Shown in pieces: positions 1 through 9,045 of a DNA stretch of 64,000 nucleotides. How positions within the stretch are numbered: the stretch's first letter is position 1; each line of letters opens with the position of its first letter. The DNA comes from Candidatus Nomurabacteria bacterium (GTDB lineage: Bacteria > Patescibacteriota > Minisyncoccia > Phycocordibacterales > SBAW01), in contig CALRFF010000003.1 of the NCBI GenBank assembly GCA_943356495.1, positions 551 to 64,550 on the forward strand, read 5' to 3'. A program made the translations under genes and the position numbers. Below the pieces are notes generated by a model, which was not told where the DNA came from, made no database searches, and worked only from the letters and a program-made list of their open reading frames with translations.

Positions 1-3000
1 ACCATACCTCCAACACCTCTGCACCCGAGACAGACTATCTCTTGCTCGACTCAACGGCCGCCACTGCAGACGACGACACGTACTGGAACGACACCAAGCC
101 GACTGCATCTGTCTTCTCCGTCAAGTCTGCCACTGCCGTCAACGCCTCCGGCGCCACCTACGTCGCATACCTCTTCGCCTCCACCACGGGCTTCTCCTCA
201 TTCGGCTCCTACACGGGTAACGGCAGTGCCGACGGGCCCTTTGTCTACACTGGTTTTAAACCTCGCTTTGTGCTTGCTAAGCGGACCGACTCAACAGGTG
301 ACTGGTTTATGATCGACTCTGCGCGGACTACCACTACTAACCCCATAATTCCGACTGTGTGGGCCGATTTGGCGGATGCGGAGCAACTCAGCACCGCTCA
401 GGCTGACTTTAATGCAAACGGTTTTAAGCTCCGTTCCACCGGAGGCATAAATACCAGCACAGCAACCTATATCTACGCCGCATTCGCCGACGTGCCGTTC
501 AAATATTCCTCCGCAATCTCCGACGTCGGCGCGCTCTCCATCGCCAACTCCGCGCGGTTCATCTCGGGCAACAGCGATTATTTGAGCAAGACACCCGGAA
601 GTGCAAGCAACCGCAAAACCTGGACTTTTTCAACCTGGGTGAAACGAGCTGAGCTTGGCGCATATCAAAATATCTTTCAGATAGGAACAGCGGGTTCAGA
701 TTCGACGACATTCAATTTTCGTTTCGACTCCTCCGACCGTCTCGATATTGGAGGTGGCGCGACCACGTGGCGCGTTACGAGTGCGGTGTACCGCGATCCC
801 GCCGCTTGGCTTCATCTAGTGTTGGTAATGGATACGACCCAAGCGACTGCCGCCGACCGAATAAAACTGTATGTGAACGGCTCGCAGGTAACGGCGTTTG
901 GCACAAACGCTAATCCGACGCAAAATGCCGATCTCGCCGTCAATAACAACGCACTGCACGCAATTGGTAGGCACAATGACCCCACACAGTATCTCAACGG
1001 ATATCTATCGGATGCTCACTTGATAGACGGCGCGGCGTTGGCGCCGACATGCTTTGGCGAGACAGACGCTAATGGATATTGGAGGCCGAAGACCTACAGC
1101 ACCGCGTCGCCCTGCGCGGCATACGGCACCAACGGATTCAAGCTCTCGTTCGGCACGGGGAGTGCGCTCGGCACCGACACTTCCGGCAACGGCAACACGT
1201 GGACAGTCAACGGTCTTACCTCGGTCGACCAAGTTATCGACACACCCACTAATAGCTTCCCTACATTGAGCCCTATCGGTAATGTGGTTGCAGCGACGAG
1301 CCGCAGTACTCTGGCGAACGGCAATCTGAAAGCATCATCGGGTGCCGCGGTAAACGGATTACTCGCTACGCAAGAGTTCCCCACAACCGGCAAATGGTAC
1401 TCAGAGATAACACTGAATACCGCGCCGCCCTATCCATCACTCGGCCTAGCAATTTCTCAAACTGCCAACCAGCAGTACATAGATGCGGGTGTATATCTTA
1501 ATAGCTCTACGGGCATTTGGTACAACTCACAAAGTGCCACCGGACCGGCTACGAGCGATGCCGTAGGATTGGGCACATGGTCGAGCGGCGACGTGCTGAA
1601 CATCGCCTACGATGCGGACAATGGCAAGATATGGTTTGGCAGGAATGCCACCTATTACAACTCGGGAGATCCCGCCGCCGGCACTAATGCTACTTTTTCC
1701 GGTTCTGTTGTCGGTAGTAACAGATGGCAAGTCGGTGTCGGGACATATACCGGAGATTTGACCGTCAACTTCGGCCAGGGAGGTTTGGCCAGCCTGACCT
1801 ACGACTCCGCAGCGGGTGGCTACTTTAAATACACCCCACCCTCGGGCTACAAAGCCCTCTCGACCGCCAACATGGCGACACCCACCGTGACGGTGCCTAA
1901 AAATTATTTTGATGCCGTTACTTATCTCGGCACAGGCGCTGCAGAGACAGTCAAGGCATATGCGGTAACAGAAACATTTTATTACACGGGTGCGGACCAA
2001 ACATGGACAGTCCCAACAGGAGTCACCTCAATACGCGTAAAAGCGTGGGGTGCGGCAGGAGGCTCAACATCGCAAACGGGGGCTAACGCGGACTATGCAG
2101 GCGCGGGCGCGTATGTGACCGGAGAGATAAGTGTAACTGCAGGACAAACCTTAAAGTTGGTAGTAGGGCAGGGCGGTTCGCCCCGTGCAACCTCGGGGGG
2201 GCAGACGTATGGTGGTGGTGGCGGCGCCGGTACAAACAATGGGGTGTCGCCGGGCACGGGCGGGGGATATTCTGGCATATTTCTTACCTCGGTAAGCCAA
2301 GGCAATGCACTCGCCGTCGCGGGCGGCGGCGGCGGGTCTGCCAACACGAGCGACGCCGCTCAGTCTGGCGGAGCCGGAGGAGCCACGACCGGCTCGACAG
2401 GCACAGGGCCCGGCGGTACGGGTGGTACTACCTCGGCAGGTGGTACGGCCGGCACCGCAGGCTCAGGCCAAACCAACGGCTCGGCTCTTACCGGCGGCGA
2501 CGGCGCAACGCTCAACGGCGGCGGCGGCGGCGGCGGATACTATGGCGGCGGCGGCGGCGGGCAAACGACATCCGGCGGCGGCGGTTCAAGCTACCTTGGC
2601 ACCATGACAAATGCGTCAACAACCGCGAGTTCGGATGGTCATACTGCACCAAAAAAATCTGATCCCAATTATCCTAGTGGTGGAGTTGGCGAGGCTGATA
2701 CCACAGGAAATGTATCGGGTGGAAGCGGGCATATTGTCATTAGTTACAATATAAGCAACGTCACCGGCTTTACCCCCGACATCGTGTGGATTAAAGACCG
2801 TACGAGTGCGAATGCGCACGGGATTTTTTCCACTTCAACAACGCTGTATCCAGCGTGGGCGAGCAACGGCTCTGCGGCCGAAGGGGGCGGCACTACTGCC
2901 TTGCTCTCGTTTTTGAGTAACGGCTTTAGTCTCGGTGCATCTACCACGGTTAACACCAGCGGCGACAGTTATGTAGCCTGGATGTGGAAGGAGAGTGCAA

Positions 3001-3704
3001 CCGCCGGTTTTGACATCGTTACCTACACGGGCACGGGCGCCGCACAAACTATCGCCCACAGCTTGGGCAAAGCGCCTGACTTTATTATCGTCAAGCGCCG
3101 CGACGGCGCCGGCAGCCCGGCGGTGTATCACACCTCCAACACCTCGGCACCTGAGACCGACTACCTTTTGCTTGACTCGACTGCCGCCACCGCCGACGAT
3201 GATACTTACTGGAACGATACTAAACCGACTACGTCGGTGTTTAGCGTCAAGTCCAACACCAACACTAATTCCTCGGGCGCTACCTACGTGGCGTATCTCT
3301 TTGCCTCTACCACCGGCTTTTCCAACTTCGGCACTTATATAGGCAACGGCTCCGCCGACGGGCCGTTTGTGTATACGGGCTTCAAACCGCGTTTCCTGAT
3401 GTGGAAGCGAGTAAACAGCACAGGCTCATGGGGTGTCTATGATACGGTCCGTTCCACGTACAATCCGGCAACCGCAGGACTTCTTTTTGAGGAGAAGGGA
3501 GCAGAATTTTCCTACGATGCTTTTGATGTCCTCTCCAATGGATTCAAAGTACGTGCTGCAGGAGCAGGCACAAACGCGAGTAGCGATACACATATCTACT
3601 TTGCGTTTGCTGAACAACCGTTCAAATACTCCGCCGCTTCCGCATCCTCGGCAGCCTCCACTTTCGTCCAAGCAGTCGCCTTCCTCCTCGGCATGACGTT
3701 CTAA
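1..3704 (+). CDS. Very large secreted/surface protein, 5'-partial. Domains: LamG/ConA-like (~nt 600-900), SPRY-like (~nt 1380-1800), ALK-type glycine-rich domain (~nt 2000-2600). A ~130-aa module is duplicated at the N and C termini.
   Basis: The ORF continues in frame to nt 3 (HTSNTSAPETDYL upstream of the TTG at 42), so the gene starts outside the window. LamG_3-like pattern WTFSTWVKR...WLHLVLVMD...IKLYVNGSQV. SPRY-like GKWYSEITLN...GIWYN...GDVLNIAYDADNGKIWFGRN. Gly-rich block WTVPTGVTSIRVKAWGAAGG...LKLVVGQGG...GGGGGGGYYGGGGGG. The terminal modules (aa ~1-90 and ~1045-1135) are about 90 % identical in protein but diverged in nucleotide sequence. Confidence 0.7.
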   Translation, partial: HTSNTSAPETDYLLLDSTAATADDDTYWNDTKPTASVFSVKSATAVNASGATYVAYLFASTTGFSSFGSYTGNGSADGPFVYTGFKPRFVLAKRTDSTGDWFMIDSARTTTTNPIIPTVWADLADAEQLSTAQADFNANGFKLRSTGGINTSTATYIYAAFADVPFKYSSAISDVGALSIANSARFISGNSDYLSKTPGSASNRKTWTFSTWVKRAELGAYQNIFQIGTAGSDSTTFNFRFDSSDRLDIGGGATTWRVTSAVYRDPAAWLHLVLVMDTTQATAADRIKLYVNGSQVTAFGTNANPTQNADLAVNNNALHAIGRHNDPTQYLNGYLSDAHLIDGAALAPTCFGETDANGYWRPKTYSTASPCAAYGTNGFKLSFGTGSALGTDTSGNGNTWTVNGLTSVDQVIDTPTNSFPTLSPIGNVVAATSRSTLANGNLKASSGAAVNGLLATQEFPTTGKWYSEITLNTAPPYPSLGLAISQTANQQYIDAGVYLNSSTGIWYNSQSATGPATSDAVGLGTWSSGDVLNIAYDADNGKIWFGRNATYYNSGDPAAGTNATFSGSVVGSNRWQVGVGTYTGDLTVNFGQGGLASLTYDSAAGGYFKYTPPSGYKALSTANMATPTVTVPKNYFDAVTYLGTGAAETVKAYAVTETFYYTGADQTWTVPTGVTSIRVKAWGAAGGSTSQTGANADYAGAGAYVTGEISVTAGQTLKLVVGQGGSPRATSGGQTYGGGGGAGTNNGVSPGTGGGYSGIFLTSVSQGNALAVAGGGGGSANTSDAAQSGGAGGATTGSTGTGPGGTGGTTSAGGTAGTAGSGQTNGSALTGGDGATLNGGGGGGGYYGGGGGGQTTSGGGGSSYLGTMTNASTTASSDGHTAPKKSDPNYPSGGVGEADTTGNVSGGSGHIVISYNISNVTGFTPDIVWIKDRTSANAHGIFSTSTTLYPAWASNGSAAEGGGTTALLSFLSNGFSLGASTTVNTSGDSYVAWMWKESATAGFDIVTYTGTGAAQTIAHSLGKAPDFIIVKRRDGAGSPAVYHTSNTSAPETDYLLLDSTAATADDDTYWNDTKPTTSVFSVKSNTNTNSSGATYVAYLFASTTGFSNFGTYIGNGSADGPFVYTGFKPRFLMWKRVNSTGSWGVYDTVRSTYNPATAGLLFEEKGAEFSYDAFDVLSNGFKVRAAGAGTNASSDTHIYFAFAEQPFKYSAASASSAASTFVQAVAFLLGMTF

Positions 3705-3721
3705 AGATAGTTAAAACACAA

Positions 3722-3745
3722 GTTAGTAGTGAGTAGTTTGTAGTC
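3722..3745. repeat. Left inverted copy of the dispersed ACTAC(C/A)AACTAC repeat family, flanking the IVS-protein gene
   Basis: gttagtagtgagtagtttgtagtc is the reverse complement of the core found at 4145-4169, 4327-4357, 5015-5038 and 5613-5648. Confidence 0.6.
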
Positions 3746-3801
3746 AAAAAAGAAAATCCAAAACTAGTACACTACTAACTACGCACTATCAACTAACTTC
3801 T

Positions 3802-4179
3802 ATGTCAAATTTCAGAGAACTAAAAGTATGGCAACGGGGGATAGAATTAGCAAAAGAAATATATAAAACTACCCACGCAATGCCCTCGTCGGAAACTTTT
3901 GCCTTACAGGGGCAGATGCGCAGAGCTGCTGTTTCTATCTCTTCTAATATTGCAGAAGGCTCTAAGCGCAGTACTCGGAAAGACTTTGTCCATTTTCTGC
4001 ATGTGGCAGATGGTTCGGCTGCCGAATTAGAAACACAGATCATCATCGCGAAAGACTCCTATCCTAAGCTCGATTTTTCACGGGCTGATGCTTTACTCGA
4101 CGAGGTCCAAAAAATGCTCTTGGCTATGAGGCGCTCTCTGAGTCCTACTACAAACTACAAACTACCGACTCCCCACTAG
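3802..4179 (+). CDS. Four-helix-bundle protein of the 23S rRNA intervening-sequence protein family
   Basis: Family hallmark ELKVWQ...AMPSSETFALQGQMRRAAVSISSNIAEGSKRSTRKDFVHFLHVADGSAAELETQIIIAKD. Confidence 0.85.
   Translation: MSNFRELKVWQRGIELAKEIYKTTHAMPSSETFALQGQMRRAAVSISSNIAEGSKRSTRKDFVHFLHVADGSAAELETQIIIAKDSYPKLDFSRADALLDEVQKMLLAMRRSLSPTTNYKLPTPH
4145..4169. repeat. Right copy of the ACTACAAACTAC repeat (encodes the C-terminal TTNYKLPT of the IVS protein)
   Basis: ctactacaaactacaaactaccgac. Related copies at 4327-4357, 4961-4984 (inverted), 5015-5038 and 5613-5648. Confidence 0.6.
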
Positions 4180-4183
4180 CTAT

Positions 4184-4969
4184 ATGCCTCCGAAAATTGA
4201 AAATAAAAATTTGGATGCTGTACAAGATTTGCTTGTACAATCGAGTATGCAGATGGTGCAGCCGCCGGTTGTGAGTAACGACCAAGCGGCTAGTGTGCTA
4301 GTGGGTAGCGGAACTATAAACTCCTCACTACCAACTACCAACTACCAACTACAAACTCCGGTTGTTGCTGCACCTCCGCCGGTCGCCCCGACTCCGCCGC
4401 CTCCTACACCTATCTATACACAAGTTGCCCAGCCGGTTGCCGTTGTGCAACCAACACCGGTTACTGTTGCGCCACCGGTTGCGCACTCCAGACTACGGCC
4501 GTTGCTTGGCCCCGCACTGTTTTTATTCGGGGTCGCGCTGGTGGCCTACTCGGTGCGGTTGGGGAGCATCACCGGAGGCTCGATGGAACCTACCTTGCAC
4601 GAAGGCCAACACTTGGTTATCGATGCGCTCACGTGGCGCTTTACCGGTGTGCATCGCGGCGATGTGTTGGTGTTTACCAACCCGCACGACCGCACAACGG
4701 TCGAGGTAAAGCGCGTGATAGGCCTGCCGGGAGAGTCGGTACTTATCGAGGGCGGTACTATCGGGGTGACGCCGCTTGGCGGACGGTACGAGGAGTTTCC
4801 GCAGGGGACCGACATAGGCGGGCATGGCGATATAGCCAACTTTACTATCCAGCTCGGGGTAGAGGACTTTTTTGTCCTCGGCGACAACCGCCCCAAAAGC
4901 ACCGACTCCCGCGACTTTGGCGGGGTGCAGGCGGTCGACATTATCGGGCGGGTAATAGCTAGTTTTTAG
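4184..4969 (+). CDS. lepB: Signal peptidase I (LepB family) with a ~100-aa proline-rich N-terminal extension. The true start is uncertain.
   Basis: Catalytic boxes GSMEPTL (Ser), KRVIGLPGE (Lys) and GDNRPKSTDSRDFG. One TM segment LLGPALFLFGVALVAYSV precedes the catalytic domain. Confidence 0.8.
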   Translation: MPPKIENKNLDAVQDLLVQSSMQMVQPPVVSNDQAASVLVGSGTINSSLPTTNYQLQTPVVAAPPPVAPTPPPPTPIYTQVAQPVAVVQPTPVTVAPPVAHSRLRPLLGPALFLFGVALVAYSVRLGSITGGSMEPTLHEGQHLVIDALTWRFTGVHRGDVLVFTNPHDRTTVEVKRVIGLPGESVLIEGGTIGVTPLGGRYEEFPQGTDIGGHGDIANFTIQLGVEDFFVLGDNRPKSTDSRDFGGVQAVDIIGRVIASF

Positions 4970-5039
4970 TTAGTAGTGGGTAGGGTAAATCAAGTTATAA
5001 TTACTCTATCCGGAACTACCAACTACAAACTACAAACTC

Positions 5040-6233
5040 ATGCAACAAATTCTTAACTTTTTCAAATACAACAACGCGTTCCCTATTATGCTCGGGGTTA
5101 TATTCCTCGGCTCGGGGGCGGCGTTTGCCGCGGTTGACCCCGAGGCGGTGTACTCGGCCCAGCAGGAAGTTATTTCGGTAGACAACACCTACATTGCGGG
5201 CAAAGACTTTACGCTGTGGACGCCGCGCATACTTATCAATGAGGTGACCGAAGACGCCGACAACTATTACGTCGCCTATGCACTTACCACTATCGATGTG
5301 GTTGACTACGCGTGGCGCGATGCCGCAAAAAATAATGTCATGACCGTTTCCAAGGCCGACCTCGGCGTGCGCGACTTGGGAGTGTACGTTACCGGCCAGT
5401 TCCGCAACATTATCCAGAACGAGCTCGCGTACTTGACCGAAGTGCAGACCAACGCTAAAAAAGCGATTTCCCAAAAAATAGTAGCAACCACCTACGGCGG
5501 GCTTATCGGCAAGTTCCTCGACTCGACCACCGAAACACTGCCGGGGTATGTGCCGGTAGTACAACCGCCAACAGCGAGTAACGACCAAGCAGCTAGTGTG
5601 CTAGCGGGTAGCCAAACTACTAACTCCTCACTACCCACTACCAACTCCGGTGGTTCTTCTAACTTGATGTCGTTGCAGGTGCTCGGCAACAACCCCGCGC
5701 GCGTGGCGGTGGGCGGCGGTTACCTCGACCTCGGGGTCTTGTCGGTCAACCCGACCAACCCCAACATCGGGTACCATGCGTTTGTAAACGGCATACCAAG
5801 CGACCCGCCAAGTATTGATACCTCGACCACCAGCGCGCATGTTATTGAGTATCGCGCCACTGACCAGGCGGGTAATCACTTAAAGGTGGTGCGTATTGTG
5901 TTGGTGGGCGACGCACCCGACCCGGGCGGCGCGATAAACAAAGCAGGCAATGTGCCGACGATTGTACAAGGGGAGATAAAACCGCCCGAGCCCGAGCCGG
6001 CACCTGCGCCCGCTCCCACAAGTGCTCCCGCCGCTGCTCCTGTAGAAACGCCGGCAGCGACCACAACCGAACCTGCTCCCGAGCCGGAGCCCGCTCCTGC
6101 TCCGGCGGCCGAAGAGCCGGCGCCTACGCCCGCACCCGTGGTTGAAGAACCTGCCCCTGTCGCACCCGTCGAAACTCCGCCGGCTCCTGCAGAGACACCT
6201 CCCGCCGAAGCAACAGCGACCACCACTCCGTAA
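5040..6233 (+). CDS. Secreted protein with a signal peptide, a bacterial Ig-like segment and a low-complexity PEPAP-rich C terminus
   Basis: N-terminal signal MLGVIFLGSGAAFAAVDPEA. Ig-like HVIEYRATDQAGNHLKVV. C-terminal PEPEPAPAPAP repeats. Shares a ~75-nt duplicated segment (5584-5650) with the lepB gene (4271-4350). Confidence 0.55.
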   Translation: MQQILNFFKYNNAFPIMLGVIFLGSGAAFAAVDPEAVYSAQQEVISVDNTYIAGKDFTLWTPRILINEVTEDADNYYVAYALTTIDVVDYAWRDAAKNNVMTVSKADLGVRDLGVYVTGQFRNIIQNELAYLTEVQTNAKKAISQKIVATTYGGLIGKFLDSTTETLPGYVPVVQPPTASNDQAASVLAGSQTTNSSLPTTNSGGSSNLMSLQVLGNNPARVAVGGGYLDLGVLSVNPTNPNIGYHAFVNGIPSDPPSIDTSTTSAHVIEYRATDQAGNHLKVVRIVLVGDAPDPGGAINKAGNVPTIVQGEIKPPEPEPAPAPAPTSAPAAAPVETPAATTTEPAPEPEPAPAPAAEEPAPTPAPVVEEPAPVAPVETPPAPAETPPAEATATTTP

Positions 6234-6415
6234 TGAAAAAATATATCCGCAACCTAAGCGCGCGCGAGCTCCGCAACTTGGCGTGGGTGTGCGTAGGGAC
6301 AGCGGTGCTTATAGGTATGGCGTTGGTATTGTCGGGGAGCATCCCGTTGCCGCAGGGCTTTTCCAAACCGCGTTTGTACGAAGAGCCGAAGCCGTGGGTC
6401 ATGGAGTTGCCGTAA
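6233..6415 (+). CDS. Small hypothetical membrane protein whose start overlaps the upstream stop
   Basis: Single hydrophobic helix WVCVGTAVLIGMALVLSG. ATGA overlap with the preceding gene. Confidence 0.3.
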   Translation: MKKYIRNLSARELRNLAWVCVGTAVLIGMALVLSGSIPLPQGFSKPRLYEEPKPWVMELP

Positions 6416-6444
6416 GCGCAAAATTTTCGTAGTAGAATAATGGC

Positions 6445-6843
6445 ATGAGCGTCTTGCGCATAGCGTTAGTGCTGCTGGCAATTGTTGTAGCCGTGTTCGG
6501 ATTTGCAATAGTGCGGCGCTTTTTTATACCGGGGACCACACCGCTCTTGTCTGAAGAGCGGACCGCTGTGTTCGGCACTCTTATCGAAAAGACTGCCGAG
6601 GCTTTTAGTATCGAGTTACAAGACGGGTCGGTACGTACGATATATATAAGTACAAGCACAAACTTTCTGGCGGCTCCGGTGCCTCTTGCGTACGACGGCG
6701 TTGTCGTCGGCGCTCAGGTGGGTGTCAGCGCCATAGAGGGGGCAAACGGATCACTCGACGCCCGCTCGGTACAAGTCCTCCCGCCCCGCCCCGCACCTTC
6801 CGCCACCTCTTCACCCGCAGCCACTACTACAGTGCAACAATAG
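6445..6843 (+). CDS. Hypothetical membrane-anchored protein
   Basis: N-terminal TM IALVLLAIVVAVFGFAIV. No recognisable domain. Confidence 0.4.
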   Translation: MSVLRIALVLLAIVVAVFGFAIVRRFFIPGTTPLLSEERTAVFGTLIEKTAEAFSIELQDGSVRTIYISTSTNFLAAPVPLAYDGVVVGAQVGVSAIEGANGSLDARSVQVLPPRPAPSATSSPAATTTVQQ

Positions 6844-6847
6844 CTAT

Positions 6848-7876
6848 ATGTCAGTACGCGTCGCTATCAACGGTTTCGGGCGCATCGGGAGATGCTTTTT
6901 GCGCGCGGCCATACACGACCCCGAGATAGACATTGTGGCTATTAACGACCTTGGTGATATCGAAAACTTGGCGTACTTGTTGCGTCACGACAGCGTGTAC
7001 CGCGACTTTGCGGGGCAAGTGTCGGTCGAGCCCGGCGTGTTGGTGGTGGGGGCCAAACGCATTAAGGTACTGAACGAAAAAGATCCTACAAAGCTCCCGT
7101 GGGGCGCGCTTACCGTGGGTGTGGTGGTGGAGTCTACCGGTCTCTTTACCGATTTTGAAAAGGCGCAGGTACACTTGGCCGCCGGTGCCAAGCGCGTGGT
7201 TATCTCCGCCCCCGCGCACGGCGAACACGAAACCGGCGAACACCCGCTGGGCGCCACGGTGCTTATGGGTGTTAACGAAGAAAAGCTGCAGACCTGCCAG
7301 ATAACCTCCAACGCATCGTGCACCACCAACTCTGCCTCGCCGGTTATTGCGATACTCGACGAAGCGTTAGGGATAGAAAAAGCGCTGCTTAACACCACGC
7401 ACGCCTACACCGCCAGCCAGCGCATTGTCGACAGCCCGAGCGCTAAAGACTTTCGCGAGGGGCGCGCAGGCGCACAAAACATTATTCCGTCCTCGACCGG
7501 CGCGGCTATTGCGGTTACCAAAGCATACCCGCAGCTCGCTAACAAGTTTGACGGTATTAGTTTGCGCGTGCCGGTGGTCGCGGGCTCAATAGCTGACATC
7601 ACCTTTATATCCAAGCGCGACACAACCGCGGAGGAGGTAAATAAAATTTTAGAAGACGCGGCCAAGCTGCCGCGGTGGCGGGGGATTTTTACCACGACGC
7701 GTGAGCCGCTGGTAAGCAGCGACATCATCGGCAACGAGCATGCCAGTATTGCCGACCTGCCGATGACGCGCGTCGTGGGCGGCAATTTGGTAAAAGTGCT
7801 GGCGTGGTACGACAACGAGGCAGGGTATACGCAGACCCTTTTGCGGCATGTAAAAGCCGCCGGAAGCCACGTATAA
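6848..7876 (+). CDS. gap: Glyceraldehyde-3-phosphate dehydrogenase, type I
   Basis: VRVAINGFGRIGR NAD-binding N terminus. Active-site SNASCTTNSASPV. Confidence 0.95.
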   Translation: MSVRVAINGFGRIGRCFLRAAIHDPEIDIVAINDLGDIENLAYLLRHDSVYRDFAGQVSVEPGVLVVGAKRIKVLNEKDPTKLPWGALTVGVVVESTGLFTDFEKAQVHLAAGAKRVVISAPAHGEHETGEHPLGATVLMGVNEEKLQTCQITSNASCTTNSASPVIAILDEALGIEKALLNTTHAYTASQRIVDSPSAKDFREGRAGAQNIIPSSTGAAIAVTKAYPQLANKFDGISLRVPVVAGSIADITFISKRDTTAEEVNKILEDAAKLPRWRGIFTTTREPLVSSDIIGNEHASIADLPMTRVVGGNLVKVLAWYDNEAGYTQTLLRHVKAAGSHV

Positions 7877-7883
7877 TAGAGGA

Positions 7884-8339
7884 GTGAAAATCTTCATCGG
7901 TGCCGACCACGGCGGGTACGCGTTAAAGAATATTCTATATAAACAGCTGGTGGCTAAAGGCCACTCGGTTACCGATTGCGGGCCGCAGGTGCTAAACCCA
8001 GAGGACGACTACCCCGACTATGCCCGCAAGGTAGCCGAGGGTGTTGCTAAAAACGCGGGCAGCCGCGGGGTACTGCTGTGCCGTTCGGGGTTGGGGGTGG
8101 GCGTCGTTGCCAACAAGGTGCGCGGGGTACGCGCGGGGCTTGGGCTCAGCGCCAACGCGGTTATGCACGGCCGCGTTAATGACGACCTAAACGTATTGAC
8201 GCTTGCGGCCGATGCGATAACCGAGCACGACGCGGAAGCGTTTGTAGAATTGTTTTTGATTACGCCGTTCGGCGGCGAGGAGCGCAACGTCCGCCGCCTG
8301 CAAAAAATAGCCGACCTCGAGGCGCAGAATTTTAAATAG
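7884..8339 (+). CDS. rpiB: Ribose-5-phosphate isomerase B (RpiB/LacAB family)
   Basis: MKIFIGADHGGYALKNIL...CGPQV motif family. GTG start with an agagga RBS upstream. Confidence 0.85.
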   Translation: MKIFIGADHGGYALKNILYKQLVAKGHSVTDCGPQVLNPEDDYPDYARKVAEGVAKNAGSRGVLLCRSGLGVGVVANKVRGVRAGLGLSANAVMHGRVNDDLNVLTLAADAITEHDAEAFVELFLITPFGGEERNVRRLQKIADLEAQNFK

Positions 8340-8340
8340 T

Positions 8341-9045
8341 ATGAAGGCGCCTATAGAAATAATCCCCGCGGTACTGCCCAAGTCGTGGGACGACCTCGAG
8401 GCACATGTGGCGCGCATCCCCGGCATTACGCGGCATGTACAAATAGATGTCGTCGACGGCCATTTTGCCAAAGGTAAGACGTGGCCGTACAAAGACGGGG
8501 AAAAGTTTGCCATGGTAGTCCAGCAAGAACACGGCTTGCCGCACTGGGAGGAGCTGGATTTTGAGTTTGACTTGATGATTGCCGACCCCGCCGCCGAGGT
8601 GATGAAGTATGTGCACGCCGGGGCGTCGCGCATCATCATACATGCCGCCAGCAAGACAGCCCTGCCGGCGCTCCAACAGTTGATCGACCTTAACGAAGAC
8701 ACCGGGGCGTGGAGCGTGCAGGTGGGTCTTGCCGTAGGGTGCCAGCAAAACCTCGATGACCTTGAGCCGTTTGAGGGCCAGTACGACTTTGTGCAGGTAA
8801 TGGGCATAGAGCACATCGGTAAACAAGGCGAGCCCTTAAGTCAAAAGGCATTGTTTATGCTTGAGCGGTTGCGCCATCGCTACCCAAACCTGCCCTTGCA
8901 AGTAGACGGCGGGGTAAAACCGGAGAATGCCGCGGCACTGGTTGCCGCGGGGGCAACGCGGCTGGTTGCAGGTTCGGCTATTTTTGGCAGTGATGACGCA
9001 AGGGCAGCCTACCAGGCGCTGTATACTGTAGCTAATGCTCAGTGA
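8341..9045 (+). CDS. rpe: Ribulose-phosphate 3-epimerase-like TIM-barrel protein (divergent)
   Basis: IDVVDGHF and LQVDGGVKPENAAALVAAGATRLVAGSAIFGSDD match RPE motifs. The position between rpiB and tkt fits. Confidence 0.6.
   Translation: MKAPIEIIPAVLPKSWDDLEAHVARIPGITRHVQIDVVDGHFAKGKTWPYKDGEKFAMVVQQEHGLPHWEELDFEFDLMIADPAAEVMKYVHAGASRIIIHAASKTALPALQQLIDLNEDTGAWSVQVGLAVGCQQNLDDLEPFEGQYDFVQVMGIEHIGKQGEPLSQKALFMLERLRHRYPNLPLQVDGGVKPENAAALVAAGATRLVAGSAIFGSDDARAAYQALYTVANAQ

Noticed and set aside
2000-2600. Glycine-rich stretch interpreted as mere low-complexity or repeat-expansion noise
   Set aside because: The block has the ordered WGAGGG...VGQGG...GGGGG spacing of the ALK-type Gly-rich domain rather than a homopolymer, so it is kept as a domain call inside the CDS.
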